From Hamiltosporidium tvaerminnensis FI-OER-3-3 (lineage: Eukaryota > Fungi > Microsporidia): a stretch of 64,000 nucleotides of DNA. The DNA lies in assembly GCA_022605425.2 (NCBI GenBank), contig CM061255.1, forward strand, positions 620,001-684,000. The letters are read 5' to 3'. The notes under the pieces are model-generated. The model was not told the DNA's origin and did not search any database. It worked only from the letters and a program-made list of their open reading frames with translations. The translations under genes and the position numbers were made by a program. Positions 27,440-36,729 of this stretch are shown piece by piece. The first letter of the stretch is position 1; every line of letters starts with the position of its first letter.

Positions 27440-27907
27440 CTATTCGTTCCTTTCAACCTTTTCTCTTAAAACTTTACTACATCCTACAACGGGACATATT
27501 CTATTTTGTTTTCTAAGTTCTGAAACAGCAATTCTTTCAAATTTATGTCCACACTCACCTACATACAAATCCACTATCTTTTTTAGTGTAATAGGACATA
27601 CATTGTTACTTTTAATCCCAGAAATTTCTATTCCACATTCTTTAAAATTTTCTACAACATTTTTATATTCTCTACTTTTTTCAATAATACTATATAAATA
27701 CTTAGTAAGATCTTTTTTACTTGAATTTTTTATTTTCTGTTCATCAAATCGATCAACATTCTGTTTATTATTTATATGTTTATAGACATTCTCGCTATTT
27801 AGCATTAAATATTTCTGTGATAATATTTCTTTTACTGTTTCTTTATCTTTTACTTCTTTTAATATTTCTTCTAATAATCTTATTCTTTCTAATATTGACT
27901 CTTCCAT
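27440..27907 (-). CDS. NSE2: SMC5/6 SUMO ligase Nse2/Mms21-like (SP-RING)
   Basis: CPIT...ECGHKFER...CPVVGC at the C-terminus; accct motif upstream of the ATG. Confidence 0.8.
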   Translation of the reverse strand: MEESILERIRLLEEILKEVKDKETVKEILSQKYLMLNSENVYKHINNKQNVDRFDEQKIKNSSKKDLTKYLYSIIEKSREYKNVVENFKECGIEISGIKSNNVCPITLKKIVDLYVGECGHKFERIAVSELRKQNRICPVVGCSKVLREKVERNE

Positions 27908-28305
27908 TTATAGGGTAAAGAATTTAACAGATTAAATAAGGAAATACAATATATATAACGTAATTAAAAATAACCATAAAAATCATGTTCTTTATTATGA
28001 TAATCCTACATTACTTAGTACAGTAATTAACACTTATATCCAAGAATACTCTGTTTACTCTTCATTACACTTTTTTGAATACAAGTGCTTTTATTAAAAT
28101 ATGTTATCTTATAATGTTATATGTCTTATTAAATAACACCCTTATAATTACCACGACTGTTATTAACACCTATTATTTTACAGTATTCTGTTTACTATTA
28201 GCCAACACCCCTTTAACACCATCCTTTATAACAACACCCCCTTTATTTACCCACAATATACATTATTATTACCCCTTCAAAAATACAAAGATTTCGATTT
28301 CTTCA

Positions 28306-29739
28306 ATGCGACTAAAAAGACACAAATTTTACAAAAAACAAAGACGAAACACAAAAAAATCAACCAACGAAAAACAACCACTCCTCATACAAACACCTAA
28401 TTATCATACATATTCACTTTTAAATACAGAAGAAATACTTAAAAAAGAATTTTTTCCTATTAATTTCTATACCACTAAGTACAAAAACTTCTATTCCAAA
28501 AATAAAAAATATATTTTTAATTTCAAAAAAAATGTTGAAAATAAAAATTTAGAAAGTAAAAAATTATTTGCTAAAACCAATTTAGAAACCAAAAATGTAG
28601 AATTTAATAAATATTCTCCTAAAAAAAATATAGAAAATAAATACATAAACACTGCTTTATCTACACCGCATATCACACCAAATACTTCTACTACAATATT
28701 TATAAATAATTCTTATTTAAATACAAAATACTTTTCTCCTTTTACTACTTGGACCAACTGTATCTATATTTGTTCAAAATGCATGTTAAATTATTCAGAT
28801 GAACATGCGTATCAAAGACATAAAAACAGATGTGTAAAAGAAGTAGGAAAATGTATTTATAAAGAAAATTATATAAAAATATATGAAATATATGGAAATA
28901 AAGATAAACAGTATTGTAGAGACCTTTGTTTGTTAGGAAAAGCGTTTTTAGAAAATAAAACACTCTACTACGATGTAGAACCTTTCGTTTTTTACGTTCT
29001 TTTTTTTAAAGAAAATTTTGTTGGTTATTTTAGTAAAGAAAAAATATTAAAAAATGAAAATATTTGTAATTCTAAAATTGGTAAATCAGAAACTAGTGAA
29101 TCTAAAATTGGTAAATTTAAAATTAGTAAACCGGATTTTAATGAAACAGATTCTAATAAGACATATTCCAATAAGACAGATTCTAATAAAACAGATTCTA
29201 ATGAAACAGATTCTAATAAATCTAAAATTAGTGAATTAGATTCTAATGAATCAGACTCTAATGAAACAGATTCTAATAAAACAGATTTTAATAAAAATAC
29301 TCAACAAATAGATTTTAATAAAACAAGTTCTATGAATTTTGATACCAAAGTATTGATATCAGGTAAATATAATTTATCTTGTATCGTTGTACTTCCTACG
29401 TTTCAAGGACAAGGATATGGATTTATGTTGGTAGATTTAAGTTATAAATTATGTGTACAGGAAGGAACGGTAGGAACACCAGAAAAACCGTTAAGTGAAG
29501 CAGGAAATGCCTGTTATAAAAGGTATTGGAAATATATTGTATATAAAAATATAGAAATGTGTGAGGATTTGGTAATTGAAGAATTGGCATTTAGATTGGG
29601 GATGACTGTTGATGATGTGGTGTACGCATTAGAAATGTTGGAAATTCTGAAAAAAAATGACGATGGATACTTTTTGGAAGGTAAAGAAATTGAAGTGCAA
29701 AAGGTTAGAATATTAAATGAAGAAGGATTCATTATTTAA
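28306..29739 (+). CDS. MYST-family histone acetyltransferase
   Basis: C2HC finger (YICSKC..H...C), KTLYYDVEPFVFYVL, GYFSKEK, YNLSCI..LP.FQGQGYG, GTPEKPLS. In-frame ATG at 28306 preferred over the TTG at 28075. Confidence 0.93.
   Translation: MRLKRHKFYKKQRRNTKKSTNEKQPLLIQTPNYHTYSLLNTEEILKKEFFPINFYTTKYKNFYSKNKKYIFNFKKNVENKNLESKKLFAKTNLETKNVEFNKYSPKKNIENKYINTALSTPHITPNTSTTIFINNSYLNTKYFSPFTTWTNCIYICSKCMLNYSDEHAYQRHKNRCVKEVGKCIYKENYIKIYEIYGNKDKQYCRDLCLLGKAFLENKTLYYDVEPFVFYVLFFKENFVGYFSKEKILKNENICNSKIGKSETSESKIGKFKISKPDFNETDSNKTYSNKTDSNKTDSNETDSNKSKISELDSNESDSNETDSNKTDFNKNTQQIDFNKTSSMNFDTKVLISGKYNLSCIVVLPTFQGQGYGFMLVDLSYKLCVQEGTVGTPEKPLSEAGNACYKRYWKYIVYKNIEMCEDLVIEELAFRLGMTVDDVVYALEMLEILKKNDDGYFLEGKEIEVQKVRILNEEGFII
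29070..29335 (+). repeat. 15-bp coding tandem repeat ([E/K]TDSN, SKIxx) inside the MYST domain
   Basis: Repeated acagattctaat[g/a]aa and tctaaaattggtaaa units. Confidence 0.85.
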
Positions 29740-29925
29740 GTGTTTTTTTTAATAATGAAGTATTTAATTATTCTAAATGGTTTTAAGAAGGAAAAATTAG
29801 AATATTAAATGAAGAAGAATAAAAAAATGAACAGATTCCTTAAAATGAAGTATTTAATTATTCTAAATAAGTTTAAACATTAAGAATTAGAATATCAAAT
29901 GAAGAAGAATAAAAAAATGAAAAGA
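29704..29925 (+). repeat. ~90-bp tandem repeat copying the MYST gene 3' end
   Basis: ttagaatat[t/c]aaatgaagaag three times; aatgaagtatttaattattctaaat twice. Confidence 0.8.
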
Positions 29926-30470
29926 TTTGATAATTTAAAATTCAAATTACAACTACTTTTTATGGTAATACATTCTATATTTTAAGAATTGAAATATTTT
30001 AATTTCTTTGATTTTTAAATAAAATTTTGATTTAATTTGTAAAAAAATAACGAATTTTTTAATTTTTAGACTTAAAAAAATGTTTCAAAACGACGAAAAC
30101 TGTTGGTTGGTTTTAACTGAAACAAAACTATAAAAATATATTTTTATGTTAAAACATGAAAAGTGGCAATGAAAAAGACACAATAAAAAAAGCTGAAGAT
30201 GAGGAAATTATAAATGTAAAGATTAAAAGATACTTAAGAGAGAAAAGAAAATGTGAAGAGGATCTTGAATACGAAGAGAATACTGATCATTAGTGGTTTG
30301 AATGTAAATATTTTGCTTGGTTTTTATTGGTGATTTTACTTTTTGTATATAAAATTATACTTTAATTTATCTTATATGTTTCAAATTTTGTGTTATTCTT
30401 GTAAAAAAAGAAATTTTGGGTTTCAAATTAAAAGTCTACCAGAATTTAAAAACACTTCTATTAAAATTCA

Positions 30471-31180
30471 GGTGAAAGAACGATAACCATATTGGAAACA
30501 ATCTGCTTGGTAAAGATTAGGTAAAATTGTGTATAAATAATTGAGCTGATTTATATTTTAATAAATATCGACTTCTATTTCGGTTATTCTATAGGGATTT
30601 GTATAGAGAGGAGAAAAATTCTACAAAATAATGAAAGCTACTTTCAAATTTATGTTGAAGTTTCTTGTGTAACTAGAGTATAAAATACGATCGAATTTGT
30701 AGGTAATTACCATGTAAAAGCATAGAAACCTAGCCCTGTAATTAAGGTTTGAATACTTGGCGCCTAAAAAACCGAAAAACATAGTTTTAAAAAGCAAGTA
30801 ACAGGTATACCTCTGATATTACATTGTTAAATATTGTTTGCCTCTATGTGAGTAGACGATATCTATACCTTAGATAGCCGTTTATTCTATTTGAAAAGCG
30901 TATGGGAAGTAAAGAAATGTTTCATTTCTTTAAGATCAAGGTGATTTCAACTTGTAATCATACACAGGGCAATAGTGTTGATGCAGTCTGGCGAGTCTGC
31001 ATCGTTTAAACTGCTTCTACGTCTTCTTTGGTGGAATATCTTTGAAATTTGGGTATCTAAGACCCAACTATGGTAAATCGGATAGAAGTTATCTATGTTA
31101 AACCTAGAACTGTGTTAATGTTACAAAAACAAGATATCATGGGTTATTTTTAAAAAAATATTTAAAACTTATTCATAAGA
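30471..31180 (+). mobile_element. ~730-nt repeat, diverged copy
   Basis: gataaccat, tctgcttggtaa, gtaggtaattaccatgtaaaagcatagaaacctagcc, caggtatacct, tatgttaaacctagaactgtgttaatgt. Confidence 0.85.
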
Positions 31181-31868
31181 TAAAATCTTTAAATGACAAA
31201 AATAGAAATTCATAGAATAAGATTTTACAATAAACGTATTAGATAAATTTTACACAAAGTAATTATCAGTCGAGCTAAAGTATTACTTAAAACAGATAGT
31301 AAGTTATAGTTAGGAAATATTTTTTTTCCATTGATAATATACCAAAAAAAGGCATCAAACACGTTGAAATATAAATTACAAAACGGTAATACATTTCTGT
31401 ATTGTGTGTTTTTGACTTAAAAATATTATAAGATGTATATATCAATATTATATTGCACGATATATTCCAATGATATTTTGATTTTGGTGTGGAAACTTTG
31501 TATTTAAACGTGTATAATAAAAACATTAATTCAAATAAAAAAAAGTGGTTTGGTCTTTATAAATCTAATAAATTTTAAATTACAAAATTATAAACTCTTC
31601 AAATATCTTAGTTGGTGTATTTATGATAAGAGTGTTGTATAAAATTCTTGGTACCTAATATATCCACTATTTATGATTAGATACACTTGAAGTGTTTATT
31701 TATTCAAAGAATGAGTTATCTACGAAGAAAATCAAACTTCAACCGATTTAACTTATATTATTGCTGTCTTATAATTCAAAGCAATAAATATACAATTTGA
31801 AATGATCTAAAAGAATGAAAAAAGTCTAAATTAATATTTTTACAAACCTAATAGTGGCTTATATAAGA

Positions 31869-34800
31869 TTATATTTAATAAAATTCTGGGTTAAAATATT
31901 TTTACCATTTTTATATGTTTTCTTCTACCTCTTTAACCACTTTTGTCTCTTCTTCCAAATCCGACTCTTTATTTATGTTATTGGTCGGTTCCTCTAAAGT
32001 GGTTCCTCCTTGTGAAATAAAGGGTGCTTTATTTTTTGGTTTAAAATATTTTGCACCATCTTCCTCTCTCTTCTCTTCTTTTAAAGAAGGTGTTGGTTAC
32101 TCATGCATCTCTGCTCTCATAATAACACTTATTGACGCTCTCTCCCAACTCTCTTCGGCATTTAGTCCTGACTCAAGTCCTCTTCGTCGATCAAAGGAAA
32201 TTGTTTCGACTGTTTTCTTAAGTACTATAGACTGAATGTATGCCTCTACATTCATGGGTATTTCTAGTCTTTTAAGATGAGATTTATGGTATTTTGTCAC
32301 AATACCGTCCCAGGTCATCACATAAGGGATTATCTCAACACTACACTTATAAATAAGACCCAACTCATTGGCTAGCAGGTCATACTTCCTAAGTTTTTCA
32401 GTTTCAACTATTTGAAGTGAATCTTGGGAAGTGATTCCTGCTTCAATGTGTGTTATCTTATTCTTCTTCTTATCTAAAATATATATGTCGGGTCTGTTAT
32501 TCCGAATTTTAACATCAGTTTTTATTCTGGTGTCCACTCTTATCTCTGTATACTCGTTATGAAGAATTTCTTGAACTGAGTAGCTTCTAATTCGTTTCGA
32601 AGACTTAAACTTTTATTTATTTAGCACGAGTAAATGTATACATCGTACCACTTCATTGTGTCGTCTAGTATAGTCATGACCAAGCATTTTTTCATATCTC
32701 GTTTCTAAGTGATCTACTGTTTTCCTAGACTGATTGCAGTGTTGGCATATACTTTCTGCACCCCAGTAATACATTTATATCCTGGATATAGCAGAACACT
32801 GTTTCATTGCGTGGGTTAATATTACCTTTCTTTAGCCATCTTGAAGAGTCACTAACACTCACAAGCTCATTTTTTCTTGCATTATATAACTTTGAATGGA
32901 GTTTTCGTTTTTCTATTTCGTTATATAGTTTTGCAAGTTGAGCTTCTTCTAAACTTTTCTTAGTGACTTCTTCTACCAACCTGTACTTTAGTTTTAAGAA
33001 GCCTTTTATTAGTGCAAGATGGGTTTTATTATTATTCTCCACCTTGAGGATTGCTGCTCGTCTAGTTGATATTTCTTTACTTTTTTCCAGACAATCCAAG
33101 AGTTGCAGAAGCATATGTTCGCTTCGCAACTCAACACTATGTAGGCCTCTTCCAAGTTCTGTTCTAGAAAGGTATAAACGCTCTTTACATCTTGGGCGAA
33201 GATGTATCTTATTCTTCACCAACACCGCACGCACTGCATCATCTAATTAGAGAAGTCAGCCGGTTCAAGTCGAAGTACTCCTATGTGATAGTTGATTAAC
33301 GATATCGCATGTTGATTGATTGCAGAAAATAAATTTTTTGCGTTTAATCTAGTGTGACAAAGTCTTTCAACTCTTAATAGAAGTTTGCTCTGTACTTCTT
33401 CAAATGAGCTACGTGTTGGGATTCCTCTGCTATCTTCTATTATTCCTAAATATTTGTAAACACTAACACCTTCTAGAAGAGTAGCAGTATCTTCACAACA
33501 CGTATCATTTGTGGCTGACTTCTCTTTGTTAATCTATAAGCGAATCACCTCTAAGAATTCCTTTGCCTCGCCTGTCATAGAACTCAATGTGGAGCTGTCT
33601 TTTGCAAGGAGCTTAAGATCATCAATAAACAAGAGATGATTAGTAGAGTGGGATTCTGCATCTGTTTGTACTGTCACTTTTGTGTATTTTTCATTAAGCT
33701 TTCGGCTTAATGGATCCATACACAACACAAATAACAAAGGTGACAGACTATCTCCTTGTAGAATCCCTCTATCAATCTTCTTGCTCATGATTTTTTCAGG
33801 CCCTATTGATATATCAATTTTCCATTTTGATATAATTACCTTCATAAATTTCAGGATCCAATCAGGTAAATAAAGGTTTTCAATGCATTGAGTTAAATAA
33901 GCATGATCTATTGAATCATAAGCTTTTTTAACATCAATCCATGTTGCCTTAAGATTATTTCCATACTCTTTATTTAAGGCAATGTTCAGTAGAGCCTGCT
34001 CTTTCGCTCCCTGCACACCTCTTACCGCCCCTAATTGGTTCTCTGCAAGCAACCCTCGCCTTTCCACTTCAAGTTGAACGACTTTCGTTACACACTTAGT
34101 CGTTAACTTGTAAAGGTTGGACATACAGGTGATTGGCCTGTAGTCAGAGCCTCTTTGTGGAATTCCTTTGGGTATCAAATAGGTAAGCCCGCAGTAAAAC
34201 CAATCAGCTTGAGGTGTTTCTTCTAAACATATAACTTTCACAATATCATAAATATATTTGTGAAGAGTTGTAAGTTTCTTAATGAAAAAATTGTAAATAC
34301 CATCAATTCCAGCAGCTTTCCAATTGGGAAGCCAATTAATGATATTTACAAATTCATCAAGTGAAGGAAACGTGGTCGGATGATTATCTGATACAAATGG
34401 AATCAAATAATCATCATACGTGACTGTGTCATCATTTTTGTTCCACATTGTAGACCAAAAACTCACAATTTCATCACGGCTAACCACATGCTCGGATTCC
34501 ACACGCTCAGATAACCCACGATAAAATCGACCTCGGAAAAGCTCAAACATACGATTCTCTTTTCGGAATTGCTTCCTACTTTTATGCATCGTAATTTTTT
34601 TTCTCATAAACGTTCAAAGACTCATTCTTCTTAACTAAAGCCACAGAAAGATCAGTTACACTGCTCAAGTTTAAATTAAACTCTCGCATGATTTTCTTAA
34701 GGCTCTTCGTTTCCGAAGTGGAGAGCTTTTCCTGCTTACGAGCCTTCTCGAGAAGATCTTTGCAAAGTACTAACTTAGAAATTTTACTTTCTATTTTTCC

Positions 34801-35671
34801 TTCCAAGCGGATCTAGGCTTCTCTTTACGTGTTGCCTCGTCATAGCATACCTGGGCTGCCTGGATTATCCGTGCCACTGCAGTTATCGTCATCAGCACAC
34901 AAGAATCAGCATAGTCACCAATAATTCGATTAATAAGGTCCAAAACTTTACTGTCAACCAATTCACTTGGAAGCTTTCGAGTTCGGACCACACTTTTCCG
35001 ATTTCCTTCTCCGAGATTTCTTTGATTTTACCAAAAATTTTATCTCTCGGGTTTATGTACTCCGTGGTGTCAGTCAAGGTACATGGCTCGGTGAGACAAG
35101 TGGCGATTCTACGTCGCTCTCCATTCTCTTCTTGCCTTATTTCCCTTTCTGCCTCATTTTGTGCGAGTTTTTTAAACGCATCGATATCTAGTGTGCAGAT
35201 AAATTTCTCATTATAGTACCTCAGAGTAGCGGGCCAGCCATTTCTGGGCATTCTCTCAAACCTCTTTTGCACTGCTAGAATAGCAGATCTAGGCCATTCC
35301 TGCTCTACGACTGTGACAGAGTCAAGTATTGAGTGCAGTACCATCAGTCGATTCCCTTCTAGAATGGCATCTGTATTGAGGTTTTTCATGCCGTTGACTG
35401 GTCCACAAGCAGTGGCATCGGTACCAGAAGACGAGGGTATGGTGTCAACTAAGCAGACTAGACTAGTCTGGCAACTACTGCTTGGTGGTTGGTGGGTGGT
35501 GTTATGGAAATTCGGTGGAGGTGGAAGTCTCTCGGATAACATTGCTACATCTACATCTACATCACACATCAAAATCTCTCCTGCGCTGTTCTCCAAGTTG
35601 TTTACAGCCTTTATTTTTTCATTTCTTATATTTTCGATGTCTACTTTTTTCCTTCTACCCATTATGTATTT
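31869..35671 (-). mobile_element. Non-LTR retrotransposon (RLE type), copy 3, full-length, frameshifted
   Basis: RT (WKAAGIDGI, YRPITC, DVKKAYDSI, GILQGDSLSPLLF, LFIDDL), GRGL, RPDI, KLRKY. 15-bp TSD gtggcttatataaga at 31854-31868 and 35672-35686. ATG at 35662. Confidence 0.97.
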
Positions 35672-35998
35672 GTGGCTTATATAAGAAAGAATAAAATTTA
35701 CAATTTAAAAAAAGTAAAAAAATAAGTTTTGTATAACTCTATAGAATTAGAAAAATAATAATCAACTATTAGATTAAAGTAAATTAACTGTGTATGTTTC
35801 TAGCGATTGGTACTTCAACACAAACCATATTTGTTTTCAAATAAATATTTATGTTCAAAAAGTTTAAAAAAATTTCGGGAATTATATACAAGATTAAAAA
35901 ACTTAGAATGTTTCGATTGTATAATATATATTCATTCTTAAAATTGAAATTTTTGTTATATGTAAATTAATCTCAAATATAATATTTGTTATTATAAA

Positions 35999-36729
35999 GA
36001 TGGAGGGAGGATAACCACATAAAAAACTTTCTGCTTGGCAATGAGTGTGTGAAACTGGTGTGAAGATCATTGTTTGGATTTTTGGTGGGAATAAAACCAC
36101 ACTACATCTTTGGTTGTTCTTTGGGAGTTGTTATGAGGAGGAGAGGTCTAAGAAATGGAGAAACTTTTTCTACGAATTTATTTGTAGTTTTTTATGTAAC
36201 CAGATTGCAGACCGCGGCTGAACATGTAGGTAATTGCCATGTAAAAGCATGGAAACCTAGCCTTGCTCACTCGGGTTAGAAGACTTAGCGCCTGGGAGAT
36301 ATAAAACAAAAACCATTAAAAGCCGGGAGAGCTAAGTAGCAGGTTATACCTGTTGGTATGACATTGCACTGTCTAGGTGGACCTCATGTAAATCTCTAAA
36401 ATATATCTTAGCTAGAAGTTTATTGGGTTCAGAAAGTGTAGAGTAAGTGGGAATGCTGCATAGTCTTGGGGGAGCCCAGGGGGGGCTTCGGCCTTCGATC
36501 ACACTCCATGCAACGGACATTAACGAACTCCGGGCAACTGCCTCGCCTAGCAATTAGGTTCTACACACCTGGTAGATGAAAGGCTTTGGGACGTAGGTAT
36601 CGCAGGGGTTACTGATGGAGTTTTGGGGTAGCAGTTATTTATGTTAAACCTAGAACTGCGTTAATGTCATGAAAACAAATATAACACTTGCCACTGTTTT
36701 AAAAAAAGATGTGATACTTTTAAATAAAG
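35999..36729 (+). mobile_element. ~730-nt structured non-coding repeat (SINE-like), reference copy with TSD
   Basis: Flanked by tgttattataaa at 35987-35998 and 36730-36741. Begins GATGGAGGGAGG, ends AATAAAG. Many pairable segments including a C(UUCG)G hairpin at 36481-36496. Confidence 0.95.

Noticed and set aside
28075-28305. N-terminal extensions in the ORF track for MYST, RFC (46461) and eIF5A (49913)
   Set aside because: Downstream in-frame ATGs with upstream CCC motifs fit better; the MYST and RFC track starts are TTG.
36070-36553. Short ORFs inside the 730-nt element (also 18505-18705, 63502-63735, 11508-11714)
   Set aside because: Mostly non-ATG starts, and frames are broken in other copies (extra T in the 18-kb copy, stops in diverged copies). 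A few synonymous-looking changes near MRRRGLRN are insufficient evidence.
36525-36625. HDV-like ribozyme (TCCTCGC resembles L3) or hammerhead (CTGATGGA)
   Set aside because: Could not build consistent P1/P2/P3 pairings across copies, and the hammerhead core CUGANGA...GAAA is not matched. A covariance-model search would be needed to exclude it fully.
35999-36729. Element as solo LTR, MITE, rRNA or telomerase RNA
   Set aside because: No consistent TG...CA ends, the TSD is 12 bp rather than 4-6, no terminal inverted repeats, and no rRNA signature. GGGTTAG/AACCTA words are too short to call a template, and the copy number is too high for a single-locus RNA gene.
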